The notes: generated by a model not told the origin, from the sequence alone. A stretch of DNA of 64,000 nt from Oscillospiraceae bacterium (GCA_902798545.1 CADBWQ010000003.1:191540-255539), one strand, 5' to 3'; shown: positions 30,992-40,740, counted from the stretch's first letter. Program-made: numbers and translations.

Positions 30992-31028
30992 TCTCCTATC
31001 TGTAACATCCGGTATAACCGAATATTGC

Positions 31029-31349
31029 CTAAATTCTTTCCAAATCGTCAGCGTATTTCTCGATCAGAGCCTGTGCAAATCCTTTGTCACATACCGCAGC
31101 TATTGCGCCTCCTGCCACATGCAGTGCATCTGCCAGCTCTGCTTTCTCCGCTTTCAGGCGAATCAGCGGGACCTGTGCCCTGTGAGCAAATCCCCTTGCA
31201 CGATCTTCTGCATTTTCAGAGGCATCGGACGCCAGCAGGATCAGAGCCGCTTTCCCTTCGCGCGCTGACTGTCCGGTCCCCGTCTCTCCGACCGCGAGCT
31301 TTCCCGCTCTCCGCATCAGCCCAAGGAACCGTAACATCTCAGTCTGCAT
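31029..31349 (-). CDS. ylxQ: L7Ae/L30e-family RNA-binding protein YlxQ.
   Basis: [14 protein letters not shown]...LASDASEN..., placed between ylxR and infB. Start chosen at MQTEML by analogy with B. subtilis YlxQ length; alternatives are 31373 and 31337. Confidence 0.8.
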   Translation of the reverse strand: MQTEMLRFLGLMRRAGKLAVGETGTGQSAREGKAALILLASDASENAEDRARGFAHRAQVPLIRLKAEKAELADALHVAGGAIAAVCDKGFAQALIEKYADDLERI

Positions 31350-31620
31350 CTGTGCTTCCCAGTTCTTTCTCAAGTCTCACGACAACTTCTTCCGGAACCT
31401 GTGCGCCAAAAGCCCGTTCCAGGGCACGTGCCCTGACCGCCTTCAGCAGGCACTCTGCATTGCGGCAGAGATAAGCGCCGCGTCCATTGGCTTTTCCGCT
31501 GAAATCCAGGCTCACCAGCCCCTCGGGAGAGCGCACAATACGTACAAGCTCTCTCTTCGGCCGGTGCTCACGGCAGCCGACGCACTGCCGCACAGGTACT
31601 TTCTTCGGCGCTGGAGACAT
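31339..31620 (-). CDS. ylxR: YlxR (RnpM) family RNA-binding protein, DUF448.
   Basis: RQCVGCREHRPKRELVRIV...GRGAYLC, immediately after nusA. Confidence 0.9.
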   Translation of the reverse strand: MSPAPKKVPVRQCVGCREHRPKRELVRIVRSPEGLVSLDFSGKANGRGAYLCRNAECLLKAVRARALERAFGAQVPEEVVVRLEKELGSTDAD

Positions 31621-31623
31621 TCT

Positions 31624-32676
31624 TTATACCTGAGAAACCGGCTTGATATCAATCTTGAAGCCGGTCAGCTTTGCTGCCAGACGCGCGTTCTGTCCTTCCT
31701 TGCCAATTGCCAGCGAGAGCTGGGCGTCCGGAACCACAACCTGGCAGCTTTTTCCGTCTTCCAGCATAGTCACGCTGACTACTTCAGAGGGGCTGAGCGC
31801 CGCAGCGATATAGTCTTCCGGAATCTCACTGTAATTTACAATGTCGATCTTCTCTCCGCCGAGTTCTTCTACGATCTCCGCCACACGTGCGCCCTTCGGC
31901 CCGACGCAGGAACCGATCGCATCAACGTTCGGATCATTGGAAACGACCGCCATCTTTGTCCTGCTTCCGGCTTCCCGAGCAATCGATTTGATTTCCACGG
32001 TGCCGTCATAGATTTCGGGGACTTCAAGTTCGAAGAGTCGCTTCACCAGACCGGGGTGAGTCCGGCTGATCATCACCTGGGGGCCGCGCGTAGCATTCTT
32101 GACTTCTACGACGTATACCTTGATCCGGTCTCCCTCGACAAGTTCCTCACCACGTACGCGCTCATTGGCCGGGAGCAGTGCTTCGGTGTATTCGCTGTTG
32201 GAAGAAATACGGATGGAAACACTTCCGTTGCGCGGCTCCACATGGGAGACAATACCGGTCAGAATCTCATGTTCCTTGGAGTTGAATTCCTCATAGACCA
32301 GGCCACGTTCCGCTTCACGGATACCCTGAATAACAACCTGCTTGGCAGCCTGTGCCGCGATCCGTCCGAATTTTGTTGTTTCCACCGGAATCGCAACCGT
32401 GTCGCCGACTTTTGCCCGCTTTGAATACTTCTTTGCAGAATCCGGATCGATTTCATGTGTGGGATCTGTCACTTCTTCCACAACCAGCTTATTCACCTGC
32501 ATGTCAAGGCGCTTTTTATCCTCATCAAGGATAATTTCGACGTTATCCTCATTCTCTGGATGATCACGCCGAAATGCTGTCAGCATGGCCTGGCGAATTT
32601 TATCGTACATATAGGTTCTGGGGATGCCCTTTTCCTTTTCGATATCCTCGATGGCAGTAAAAAATTCTGCATTCAT
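31624..32676 (-). CDS. nusA: Transcription termination/antitermination factor NusA.
   Basis: N-terminal domain, S1 domain (GDTV...V) and two KH domains (IGxxGxRV: [24 protein letters not shown]). Confidence 0.96.
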   Translation of the reverse strand: MNAEFFTAIEDIEKEKGIPRTYMYDKIRQAMLTAFRRDHPENEDNVEIILDEDKKRLDMQVNKLVVEEVTDPTHEIDPDSAKKYSKRAKVGDTVAIPVETTKFGRIAAQAAKQVVIQGIREAERGLVYEEFNSKEHEILTGIVSHVEPRNGSVSIRISSNSEYTEALLPANERVRGEELVEGDRIKVYVVEVKNATRGPQVMISRTHPGLVKRLFELEVPEIYDGTVEIKSIAREAGSRTKMAVVSNDPNVDAIGSCVGPKGARVAEIVEELGGEKIDIVNYSEIPEDYIAAALSPSEVVSVTMLEDGKSCQVVVPDAQLSLAIGKEGQNARLAAKLTGFKIDIKPVSQV

Positions 32677-32753
32677 AATAGCAAGCTCTCCGTTTCTGAT
32701 TCTCTGATCAATAAAAATATAAGTATTATCTTATCTTAAAAATAAGGGGGCTT

Positions 32754-33212
32754 TCAGTTAATGCTCACATAGAGGCGAACTTGTGCGATCTGATCCTTTG
32801 TGAAGTTCAGGATTGTTTCTCCCTGAGCAAGGCTGACCGTGCCGTTTTCATATGCTGCAAGTGTTCCTGTGTAATGTTTGCTACCGCCCACCGGACGGAA
32901 AAGCTTTACTTCGATTTCATTTCCCATAAACTGTTCGAAGTCACAGGGCCGCTTCAGTTCCCGGTCAGCCCCTGCAGAGCCAACTTCAAAAACATAGCTG
33001 TCGGGAATCGGATCTTCTTCATCCAGGATCGGATCAAGCCGTCTACTGACGCGCTCACAGTCATCAATGGACACGCCCCCGTCCTTATCGATAAAAACAC
33101 GCAGATACCAGGTACCCGCTTCTCTGACATATTCCACATCCCACAGGGTGCAACCTTCCTCTTCTACGATGGGACGCGCGATCTCTGAGACTTTATCTGT
33201 CAGCTTACTCAT
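32754..33212 (-). CDS. rimP: Ribosome maturation factor RimP.
   Basis: MSKLTDKVSEIARPIVEEEGCTLWDVEYVREAGTWYLRVFID... The start is trimmed to ATG 33212, because the longer track ORF (33260) runs through the leader terminator hairpin. Confidence 0.9.
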   Translation of the reverse strand: MSKLTDKVSEIARPIVEEEGCTLWDVEYVREAGTWYLRVFIDKDGGVSIDDCERVSRRLDPILDEEDPIPDSYVFEVGSAGADRELKRPCDFEQFMGNEIEVKLFRPVGGSKHYTGTLAAYENGTVSLAQGETILNFTKDQIAQVRLYVSIN

Positions 33213-33232
33213 GTCCCGTTTTCCCCCAATCT

Positions 33233-33264
33233 TCACAAAAAAGAGTGGGCAAACACCCACTCTT
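33233..33264 (-). terminator. Intrinsic terminator in the 5' leader of the rimP-nusA-infB operon (attenuator).
   Basis: On the minus strand: AAGAGTGGG-TGTTTG-CCCACTCTT (perfect 9 bp) followed by TTTTGTG. It lies between the promoter and the rimP RBS. Confidence 0.75.
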
Positions 33265-33291
33265 CAGGATCAAGACTTAAACACTGTGCGT

Positions 33292-33320
33292 ATCATAGCA
33301 CGTTCTCTCTCGTTTGGCAA
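33292..33320 (-). promoter_or_regulatory. Sigma-A-type promoter TTGCCA-17-TATGAT of the rimP-nusA operon.
   Basis: On the minus strand, TTGCCA is at 33320-33315 and TATGAT at 33297-33292, with a 17-nt spacer. Confidence 0.6.
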
Positions 33321-33346
33321 GCTTTTTTTCAGCATTTTTCGGGGTT

Positions 33347-34159
33347 TTAGTACTTAAATTCGGGCACATAATGTTTATAAAACTCTTCATAGCAGATTCC
33401 GTGCTCCATGATATAAGTCGCAGCTTCTATTCCGACGTAACGGTAATGCCAGGGTTCGTCCCAACCGGTGAGAAGAAGCTTTCTCGTCGGATAGCGCTTG
33501 ATGAAGCCATATTCAGCACAGTGCTCATCCAGCCATGCAAAAAGCTCCTGATCCATGTTTTCATAAATCAGGCTTTTGTACTGCCGGTCCATGATATCCA
33601 CCGCCAGTCCGAGCTGATGCTCACTGCTCCCCGGGTACATGACAATGGTCTTTGCCTTTTCAGCATATTGCTGATAACGGGGATCCATATAATCAATATC
33701 TCCAGCGAGCTGGCTGGCTTTTGCATTAAACATCTGGGTCTGGTAAGAATATGTTCGATAGGCGGCGGCAATATAAACCGTGTGTCCTGCATCCTCTGCC
33801 GCATGGATCATTGCATTCAGGTACGGAACATAGTCCGCATCAAACATCATATATTTGGTTCCGTCGATCACACTGCAGGTCGGCTCGAAGGAAGAAGGCA
33901 GCAGAAATTCCGTATCGTCGTTGACCATACGGTATTGTCCCTGTGTAATATCGATATCCGGCCAGCCGTCATCTTCCTGGACCTCAGGCGTAGGCGTAGT
34001 GTTGGCAGCCGCAAAGACATAGGAATCCGTCGATACGATTGCACCGTCCACGCCGCCGAAAATGACATCCGTTTTGGCTTCCAGTCTGGACATGACAATA
34101 CCGGCAAGGACAAGCGACAGGACGCCCATGCACAGCAGCCATGCAACTCTGTTTTTCAT
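33347..34159 (-). CDS. M15-family D-alanyl-D-alanine carboxypeptidase (VanY-like), membrane anchored.
   Basis: N-terminal signal/anchor MKNRVAWLLCMGVLSLVLAGIV. Zinc-ligand motifs SEHQLGLAVDI and EPWHYRYVG. Confidence 0.9.
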   Translation of the reverse strand: MKNRVAWLLCMGVLSLVLAGIVMSRLEAKTDVIFGGVDGAIVSTDSYVFAAANTTPTPEVQEDDGWPDIDITQGQYRMVNDDTEFLLPSSFEPTCSVIDGTKYMMFDADYVPYLNAMIHAAEDAGHTVYIAAAYRTYSYQTQMFNAKASQLAGDIDYMDPRYQQYAEKAKTIVMYPGSSEHQLGLAVDIMDRQYKSLIYENMDQELFAWLDEHCAEYGFIKRYPTRKLLLTGWDEPWHYRYVGIEAATYIMEHGICYEEFYKHYVPEFKY

Positions 34160-34262
34160 TTATGCATACGCCTCCTCTTGTGGTCTAGCAATGCATTTTA
34201 CAACCAATTGGTCTCTGTTTCAATAAGAATCCGTGAATTCTTACAATTCAGAGGCCTCTGGC

Positions 34263-35021
34263 TCAAAGTCCGAATAGTATCTTCCCATTTTCTGCAGTGC
34301 ATTTTGCAATCGTTTCTATCGTTGATTCCTTGATTTCGGCAATCTTCGCACAGATATATCTTAGATTCGAAGGGTCATTGCGCTTTCCACGCATCGGTAC
34401 AGGCGGCAGATATGGACTGTCCGTCTCTACGACAATTCTGTCATCTGGACAGATTCGCAGCACCTCCAGAGCTTTCTTTGCATTTTTATATGTCACCGGG
34501 CCGTCGAAGCCCAGATACCATCCCATGCGCAGAAGCTCCTGTGCCATCTCTGGGCTCCCGGAGTAGCAGTGAAATACACCCCGCAGCCCCGGGTATTGTT
34601 TCACGATTGCCAGGCAGTCTCCATGTGCTTCCCGATCATGAACAATGACCGGGATATCCCTTTCTTTCGCGTAAGAGAGCTGAGCATGAAAAAGTTTCTT
34701 CTGCTCTTCCTTATGACTGTCGTCCCAGTAATAGTCCAGTCCGATCTCACCGATCGCACAGCATTTCGGGTGCCCGGTCAGAGAGAGGACCGCTTCCAGA
34801 GATTCTTCCGACAGAGATTTCAGCTCTTCCGGATGGAACCCCGCCGCGAAACAGACGAACTCGTACGTTTCCGCCAACTTTGCTGCTTTTCGGCTGCTCT
34901 CCAGATCACAGCCGGGGTCAAGGACGCTCTCCACGTCCGCTTCCTGCAAATGGCGCATCACTTCTTCCCGGTCTTCGTCAAACGCGGCGTCGTCAAGATG
35001 TGCGTGAGTATCAAAATACAT
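34263..35021 (-). CDS. tatD: TatD-family metal-dependent hydrolase/DNase.
   Basis: MYFDTHAHLDD...GEIGLDYYW...VHDREAH...HCYSG...ETDSPYL. Confidence 0.94.
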   Translation of the reverse strand: MYFDTHAHLDDAAFDEDREEVMRHLQEADVESVLDPGCDLESSRKAAKLAETYEFVCFAAGFHPEELKSLSEESLEAVLSLTGHPKCCAIGEIGLDYYWDDSHKEEQKKLFHAQLSYAKERDIPVIVHDREAHGDCLAIVKQYPGLRGVFHCYSGSPEMAQELLRMGWYLGFDGPVTYKNAKKALEVLRICPDDRIVVETDSPYLPPVPMRGKRNDPSNLRYICAKIAEIKESTIETIAKCTAENGKILFGL

Positions 35022-35086
35022 ATTCCAGTTTCTCCATTGTTCAAAACTAATAATTCAGAAATATTATCACAGATTACTTTAGTCTA

Positions 35087-35130
35087 CAACAAAAAGACTG
35101 CGGCATCCTGTTTCCCACAGGATACCACAG
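35087..35130 (-). terminator. Intrinsic terminator after the 35140-36234 gene.
   Basis: Imperfect stem built around ATCCTGT-GGGAA-ACAGGAT, followed on the minus strand by GTCTTTTTGTTG. Confidence 0.6.
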
Positions 35131-35139
35131 TCCATGATC

Positions 35140-36234
35140 TCAATTCAGTATTATCGTTCTGGCTGCCTCTCCAACTTCCGCGAAGTTGGAATAACCATCG
35201 ATCTCAGTGACTTCCCAGTCAACCAGGAAGTTGACTCCGGCTAAATTGTCATCCTCCATCAAAGTAACCTTATAGTTGGTCTGCGGTGGAATATCAGCGA
35301 TGGTATACCCCTTTTCCCCGAGATATCTTCCCCGGTTCCAAGTGAAGACATAGTAATAAAAACGCAAGCTTATCGTATGCCGTGTGTTATTGCGATAATC
35401 TGTAGTATAGTTATACGGTCTGTTGGTCTCTGCCGGCCAGGTCGCTGCCCTGTCTATCTGATTGTGCATATCCTGATAGACTTCATGCAGAGCCGTATTA
35501 TAATCACGCATGTGTGGGAGTTCCCCTACAAACTCGCCGACAAACTGAACATTATCTGCCATAAAGTCATAATCCTGATACAGATTGTTAAGCACTTCGA
35601 AATTCATAAGTATGCCGTCATTACTTGCCAGATCTCTTTCTGACTGATAAATCTCTGACCGGGCATCAACCTGTTTCTGAAGCGCATCCAGATACTGCAT
35701 GGCATATCCCTGAAGTTTCTGATCCTGAAAATATCTGTGATCATAGTCTTTCAGGAACATCAGTTCACGCACAACGACATCTCCGTCATCATCCGGGTCC
35801 AGGCGTAAAGTGATCGCCTTTTCCAGATCTTCCAGAAATATCTGATCATAAGACCTTGCACGATCGGCTTCTGCCTCAATTCCCTTATCACACTCCGCCA
35901 TCATCTTGTTGACACTGTCGAGTTCAAAGGCTTTGACCTGTGAAAGGTAGTCTTTGGCTTCTTCCCATTCTTCATTATCCATCGCCTGCTGTCCCAGATT
36001 ATACAAGCAGTAATCTGCTTTTTGAAATGCTTCCTGCTTAAAAGGGAAAACCTGTTGCAGTACACGGTATCTGGAGAGGGCGGAAATATAATCGCCTGAA
36101 TTATATGCAATATCTCCTTCGCGCATTACATAACTGTCACGGAAATAGAGCACCCCCGCTCCGATCAGGAAGAGAATCAGGCAAGTAAGCAGAGTAAGAA
36201 GAATCGCACGCAACGGATTGAGTTTGCTGTTCAT
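35140..36234 (-). CDS. Membrane-anchored hypothetical protein (N-terminal TM span, TPR-like segment, unknown C-terminal domain).
   Basis: 364-aa ORF with its own promoter and terminator. TM span LRAILLTLLTCLILFLIGAGVLYF. No recognisable catalytic motif. Confidence 0.7.
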   Translation of the reverse strand: MNSKLNPLRAILLTLLTCLILFLIGAGVLYFRDSYVMREGDIAYNSGDYISALSRYRVLQQVFPFKQEAFQKADYCLYNLGQQAMDNEEWEEAKDYLSQVKAFELDSVNKMMAECDKGIEAEADRARSYDQIFLEDLEKAITLRLDPDDDGDVVVRELMFLKDYDHRYFQDQKLQGYAMQYLDALQKQVDARSEIYQSERDLASNDGILMNFEVLNNLYQDYDFMADNVQFVGEFVGELPHMRDYNTALHEVYQDMHNQIDRAATWPAETNRPYNYTTDYRNNTRHTISLRFYYYVFTWNRGRYLGEKGYTIADIPPQTNYKVTLMEDDNLAGVNFLVDWEVTEIDGYSNFAEVGEAARTIILN

Positions 36235-36265
36235 ATGAGCTCCCTCTTTTCACGAATTTGGTTTC

Positions 36266-36294
36266 ATTATAACCGCTGTTTTTCTTCTTTGCAA
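36266..36294 (-). promoter_or_regulatory. Sigma-A promoter TTGCAA-17-TATAAT for the 35140-36234 gene.
   Basis: On the minus strand, TTGCAA is at 36294-36289 and TATAAT at 36271-36266, with a 17-nt spacer. Confidence 0.6.
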
Positions 36295-36321
36295 GGGAAA
36301 AGTCATTCCGGTTAGGAAACC

Positions 36322-36375
36322 GGGAAAGAGGCACCTGTGTGCAGGAATCAACCTTGCCGCAGGTGCCTCTTTCCC
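36322..36375 (-). terminator. Long perfect hairpin downstream of hsp20 (probable terminator/stabiliser, weak U-tract).
   Basis: GGGAAAGAGGCACCTG (36322-36337) pairs perfectly with CAGGTGCCTCTTTCCC (36360-36375). 16-bp stem, 22-nt loop. Confidence 0.55.
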
Positions 36376-36429
36376 TATTGCATAAAACCCTATACCATCA
36401 GAGTTTCATCTGTTTTGCAGGGGTTGTAA

Positions 36430-36870
36430 TTATTTGATCTCCAGCCGTCTGCTTGCCGGAATCGTCTCAACCTTTTTCGGCATAGTGAGTTTCAGAATGC
36501 CGTCATTGTATGCAGCCTCAATTCCATCCACATTAACACCGGATACATCAAAACTTCTGCTGAAGGAACCATAGAAGCGCTCTCTCTTGATGAAGTTTTT
36601 CTGTTTCTCCTCCTCGTCCACCTTGCGCTCTGCGGAGATGGTCAGGCAATCGTTTTCAACATCGATTTTGATGTCTTCTTTCTTAAAGCCGGGGAGCTCC
36701 GCATCCAGTACAAAAGCGTCGCCAGTGTCTATGACATCTGTGCGGAACATGCTGACTGTCTGATGATTGTTGCCTCCGAAGAAATTGCGCTCCATCTCAT
36801 CAAACATACGGAATGGATCATAAGCGGAAACTCTGTTGCCTCTGCGCTCAAAAGGAATCAGTTCAAACAT
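36430..36870 (-). CDS. Small heat-shock protein (Hsp20/alpha-crystallin family).
   Basis: FRTDVIDTGDAFVLDAELPGFKKEDIKIDVENDCLTISAERK...GILKLTMPK. Start set at ATG 36870 (GGAGG 9 nt upstream); the track starts at 36885. Confidence 0.93.
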   Translation of the reverse strand: MFELIPFERRGNRVSAYDPFRMFDEMERNFFGGNNHQTVSMFRTDVIDTGDAFVLDAELPGFKKEDIKIDVENDCLTISAERKVDEEEKQKNFIKRERFYGSFSRSFDVSGVNVDGIEAAYNDGILKLTMPKKVETIPASRRLEIK

Positions 36871-37004
36871 TTTATATACCTCCATATTTTTTAAATACAG
36901 TTTCTAATTTCGATGTTCAGTTCATTTCTTTTGTTTCATCGTGTATATAAAATACCATTCAACTATGAACAATTCCTCTGTAAAATATGTCTAATTTATG
37001 AATA

Positions 37005-37031
37005 TTAGCACTCTTGTTACAAGAGCGCTAA
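37005..37031. promoter_or_regulatory. CIRCE operator (HrcA binding site) upstream of hsp20.
   Basis: TTAGCACTC-ttgttacaa-GAGCGCTAA compared with the consensus TTAGCACTC-N9-GAGTGCTAA (one mismatch). It lies about 135 nt upstream of the hsp20 start. Confidence 0.85.
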
Positions 37032-37082
37032 TATTTGTGATCTCTATTATCTCGTTTTATATACCAAAGACCAGGCTGTATT

Positions 37083-38207
37083 TTATTCCACGTAGATCCG
37101 TCCAACCCGCGGGGTCAGTCTTGCTGTCAGATCACAGCCTTCCCAGCCAATCAGAGCTGCAACTTCCTGCGCTGAGAGGAGCGCGCCGCTGCGATCATAA
37201 CCAAACAGTGTGACTTCATCGCCCGCCTGGCAAGGGATCTCTCCCAGATCGACAAAGCTCTGATCCATGCAGGATGCCAGCAGTCTGGCGCGTCTGCCAC
37301 TTACTAACACCGGCGCTCCGCTGTCAGCCAGAGCAGGGTCAAGCCCGTCCCCGTAACCGATGGAGAGGACGCCAACCTTTGTATCCTCCTGCAGAACCAC
37401 TCTGCTGTTATAGCCCAGTGTCTCGCCTGCTCTGCGTATTCTGACATCTGTCAGATAAGCACGGAAGGATGCAGCTTCCCGTATTTTGCCTGTTGGTCTT
37501 TCCGGATTATCCAGAAAGAGTCTGCGGCCTACACGGACAGCATCAAAGAGACCATCCTGATCTGCTTCCAGCGACGCGGATGAGGCCATATGGCACATGC
37601 CCGGGTCGATGCCTTCGCTTCGCAGTTTCTTCAAAAAGTCCGTAAAGCACGCTGCCTGCTGGTGAATCTGTTTCTCACTGTCGCACATATAGTGTGAAAA
37701 TGTATCGACAATCCTGATCGTGCTTTTTGCTCTGTTCAGTTCTTCACAGAGTTCTTCTGCCTCTGAAGGCAGGAAGCCGATCCTGTGCAGGCCTGTATCT
37801 AGTTTGAGTGATACCTGGATCTGCCGTCCGAACTGCCTTGCCGTCTCGGTCAGCACCGGGAACTGCCGAAAGCTGCCGAGCGTCAGGATCAGATTGTTCG
37901 CAACCGCCTCTTCTACCTGGAAATCAAGAGGCAGACTCATAACCAGAATACGCTCTTTAATCCCGGCCCTGCGCAGTTCAACACCTTCCTCCACATGAGA
38001 CACGGCAAACGTATCAATCCTGCTGAAGCCACTGTAAAATGCAGCCAGGCGGGCAGCTCCCAGTCCGTAGGCATTTGCTTTCAGGACCGGGATCAGTTTT
38101 CTTTCCTTTCCGATCTCTTTTTGAATCTGGATTACGTTTTCTCTCAATGCAGCGAGATCAATCTGTAGATAGGAATTTGCTTTCATTTTGAATTGTTCAT
38201 TCATCAC
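37083..38207 (-). CDS. alr: Alanine racemase.
   Basis: PLP-lysine motif [14 protein letters not shown]-terminal beta-domain, typical length (374 aa). Confidence 0.92.
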   Translation of the reverse strand: MMNEQFKMKANSYLQIDLAALRENVIQIQKEIGKERKLIPVLKANAYGLGAARLAAFYSGFSRIDTFAVSHVEEGVELRRAGIKERILVMSLPLDFQVEEAVANNLILTLGSFRQFPVLTETARQFGRQIQVSLKLDTGLHRIGFLPSEAEELCEELNRAKSTIRIVDTFSHYMCDSEKQIHQQAACFTDFLKKLRSEGIDPGMCHMASSASLEADQDGLFDAVRVGRRLFLDNPERPTGKIREAASFRAYLTDVRIRRAGETLGYNSRVVLQEDTKVGVLSIGYGDGLDPALADSGAPVLVSGRRARLLASCMDQSFVDLGEIPCQAGDEVTLFGYDRSGALLSAQEVAALIGWEGCDLTARLTPRVGRIYVE

Positions 38208-38950
38208 AGCACTTTGGAAAGGAAGTCTTTCAGCCGCGGATTCTGTGGATAATCAAACAGCTCATTCGGAGTATTCTCTTCCAGGATCTGCCCTCCATCC
38301 ATGAATATTACACGGTTTGCTACCTCACGTGCAAATCCCATCTCGTGAGTGACTACGACCATCGTCATACCTGCTTTTGCGAGGTCACGCATCAGGTCTA
38401 GAACTTCATTTACCATCTCAGGATCCAGGGCAGAGGTCGGCTCATCGAAGAGCATCACTTCCGGCTCCATCGCCAGCGCTCGTACGATCGCGATCCGTTG
38501 TTTCTGCCCACCGGAGAGCATGTTGGGATATTCATTTGCCTTGTCTGCCAGGCCAATTCTCGCCAGAAGTTCCTCTCCTTTTGCCTTGGCCTCGGACTTT
38601 GTTTTCAGCTTCAGGTGGACAGGAGCCAGCGTAATATTCTGCATTACCGTCTTATGTGGAAACAGATTAAAGTGCTGAAACACCATGCCCATTTTTCTGC
38701 GATGAAGATTGAGATCAACTTTTTTATCAGCCAGATCCACACCATCAAAGTAGATATGTCCGGAGGTCGGAGTTTCAAGCATATTCAGGCAGCGAAGCAG
38801 AGTACTCTTTCCGGAGCCGGATGCTCCGATGATTGCAACGACCTCGCCCTGATGTACAATCAGATTGCAGCCGTTCAACGCTTTGATCGCGCCGTTATTA
38901 TACTCTTTTTTTACATCTACGACACGGATAAGCTCAGCGTTTGTCGCCAC
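38204..38950 (-). CDS. Polar amino-acid ABC transporter ATP-binding protein (GlnQ-like).
   Basis: Walker [10 protein letters not shown], signature LSGGQKQR, Walker [13 protein letters not shown]-loop VTHEM. Confidence 0.95.
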   Translation of the reverse strand: MATNAELIRVVDVKKEYNNGAIKALNGCNLIVHQGEVVAIIGASGSGKSTLLRCLNMLETPTSGHIYFDGVDLADKKVDLNLHRRKMGMVFQHFNLFPHKTVMQNITLAPVHLKLKTKSEAKAKGEELLARIGLADKANEYPNMLSGGQKQRIAIVRALAMEPEVMLFDEPTSALDPEMVNEVLDLMRDLAKAGMTMVVVTHEMGFAREVANRVIFMDGGQILEENTPNELFDYPQNPRLKDFLSKVL

Positions 38951-39665
38951 GACGCATCCTCCTTTCTACTGCTTCGATAGCCTTGGAAGCGGGATAGTTG
39001 ATGCAGAAATAGATCACAGCAGCTACTACGTAGGGTCCCAGAGAAATATAAGTGGTAGATGCTACTGTCTTTGCTGCGAACATTAGTTCTACCATACCCA
39101 GCATGGAGCAGATGGATGACTCTTTTACCATGGTGACGACCTCATTTGCCAATGCTGGAAGAACATTCTTAATTGCCTGTGGAAGGACAACCAGTTTCAT
39201 GCTTGACCAGGATGAGAGTCCCAGAGAGCGCGCTGCCTCTGTCTGTCCAATATCAACAGCAAGAATACCGCCCCGGAATATTTCTGCAACATAGGCGGAG
39301 CTGTTCAGCGCCAGTGCCACCACGCCGGGGATAAATCTGCTGATGTCAACAAATCCAAGAATTGTAATACGTGGGATGCTGATCGCACCGAAAAGTCCAA
39401 AATAAATAATGCTCAGCTGAACAAGCAGCGGCGTAGAACGAAAAACTGCAATATACGCTCCGGAAAGCCCCTTCACCAGCTTGTTCTTACTCAGGCGCAT
39501 GATTGCCAGCAAAAGCGCAGGAATCACCGCAATCAGCACAGATACCACTGCCAGAAGCAGCGTGTATGCAATTCCTTTCAGAAAGTAAGGGCCGTATTTC
39601 GGTAGGAAGGAGAAGTTGAAGAAGGACGCCGGAGATGTATTCGTAAACAGATTACTCCACCACAT
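38934..39665 (-). CDS. Polar amino-acid ABC transporter permease (HisM/GlnP-type).
   Basis: About 5 TM spans, and an EAA-like loop [23 protein letters not shown]. Confidence 0.92.
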   Translation of the reverse strand: MWWSNLFTNTSPASFFNFSFLPKYGPYFLKGIAYTLLLAVVSVLIAVIPALLLAIMRLSKNKLVKGLSGAYIAVFRSTPLLVQLSIIYFGLFGAISIPRITILGFVDISRFIPGVVALALNSSAYVAEIFRGGILAVDIGQTEAARSLGLSSWSSMKLVVLPQAIKNVLPALANEVVTMVKESSICSMLGMVELMFAAKTVASTTYISLGPYVVAAVIYFCINYPASKAIEAVERRMRRGDKR

Positions 39666-39688
39666 AAAAGAATCCTTTCGATAGATTG

Positions 39689-39720
39689 ATGCGTTGCCTG
39701 AAACAATTCAGGCAACGCAT
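39689..39720 (-). terminator. Intra-operon hairpin between the substrate-binding protein gene and the permease gene (partial terminator / mRNA stabiliser).
   Basis: ATGCGTTGCCTGAA-ACAA-TTCAGGCAACGCAT, perfect 14-bp stem, no strong U-tract. Confidence 0.5.
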
Positions 39721-39755
39721 ATTATTTGCCTTATAAGATACTACGTAAGGATTAA

Positions 39756-40574
39756 TCAGCTCTCTTCCGGAGCATCGACGGAAACTTCGATGGCATCTCC
39801 GGCATCTTTGATAGCATTGGCCGTTTCAACAAAGCCTTCCATGACATTCTCTTCCAGCATTTTTGCAATCGCATCGTTGATTGCCGGCAGGAGGCCTTTC
39901 GGGTCGCCCTTTGCCACCGCAACACAGTATGGCGCGGCCTCGCCCAGTTCGGAAGATGCGTCTGCGATCACCAGATCACTGTTTGCTTCCACGAAGCTAG
40001 TTGCCACCGCGCCGTCCAGCACAACTGCATCCAGCTTGTTGTATACCAGTTGATTGATCAGGTCATTTACGTTCTGAATGGAAACCAGCTCTGCCCCTTC
40101 CATGTCATCACGGACGATGTCTTCTTTCGTTGTGGCAGTCTGTGCACCGACAACCTTGCCGCCGAAATCGCCCAGCGTCTTGTACTGCTCTGCATCCGCT
40201 TTCCTGACGACGATCATGGCCGGGATATCAGTGTAATAGGGATCGGAGAAGTCTGCTGCGTTCTCGCGCTCCGGAGTATCTTCGATCGCCGCCATGACGA
40301 TGTCATAATCTCCCTTGGAAAGAGCGACCAACAGATAGTCGAAGCTCATATTCTCCACAAGCAGCTCACGATCCATCTGCTCTGCAATATAACCTGCTGC
40401 AGATACATCAATCCCACCATATACCATTTCGTTGTTCTCGTCCAGATACATAAATTCAAAAGGGGGATAATCCGCGCTGGTGCCGAGGACAAGTTTGGTG
40501 TCATCCGCAGAAGCAAATACTGCAATGCTGAGTACCAGCATAAGCGCAAGTGTCATAGCAATTATTTTTTTCAT
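39756..40574 (-). CDS. Polar amino-acid ABC transporter substrate-binding protein.
   Basis: Signal peptide MKKIIAMTLALMLVLSIAVFASA. Family-3 SBP pattern (GTSADYPPFEF...DIVMAAI...). Confidence 0.9.
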   Translation of the reverse strand: MKKIIAMTLALMLVLSIAVFASADDTKLVLGTSADYPPFEFMYLDENNEMVYGGIDVSAAGYIAEQMDRELLVENMSFDYLLVALSKGDYDIVMAAIEDTPERENAADFSDPYYTDIPAMIVVRKADAEQYKTLGDFGGKVVGAQTATTKEDIVRDDMEGAELVSIQNVNDLINQLVYNKLDAVVLDGAVATSFVEANSDLVIADASSELGEAAPYCVAVAKGDPKGLLPAINDAIAKMLEENVMEGFVETANAIKDAGDAIEVSVDAPEES

Positions 40575-40618
40575 AGCAGTTTTCCTTTCTGTTCGTATAT
40601 TTCTTTCGGACGTCGGCT

Positions 40619-40647
40619 ATTATAGTGAATATTTATTCATTTGTCAA
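40619..40647 (-). promoter_or_regulatory. Consensus sigma-A promoter TTGACA-17-TATAAT for the amino-acid ABC/alr operon.
   Basis: On the minus strand, TTGACA is at 40647-40642 and TATAAT at 40624-40619, with a 17-nt spacer. Confidence 0.75.
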
Positions 40648-40740
40648 GTGTTTCTGCGTATTGTTTTTAAGTTTCCTTTAAGTCGCCAGCTGTTCATCTC
40701 TCTTTCCCTGGCTGCTGTAGATGATTCCGCTTGCACATAC

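Noticed and set aside
29393-31474. A 693-aa ORF on the + strand antisense to infB/ylxQ. Similar very long antisense ORFs lie at 52334-53821 (opposite tex), 50092-51399 (opposite the tagO-like gene), 44461-45594 (opposite ClC), 59952-61139 (opposite the permease), 20857-21759, 28226-29125 and 33314-34333.
   Set aside because: Each lies exactly opposite a gene with unmistakable family motifs. Their translations are Arg/His/Cys/Gln-rich low-complexity sequences with no motifs, and none has an SD. Long shadow ORFs are expected from the codon periodicity of the sense genes.
32754-33260. The longer 168-aa version of rimP starting at 33260.
   Set aside because: The extra 16 codons (MGVCPLFFVKIGGKRD) are the translation of the leader terminator hairpin and U-tract. 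ATG 33212 gives the conserved RimP N-terminus.
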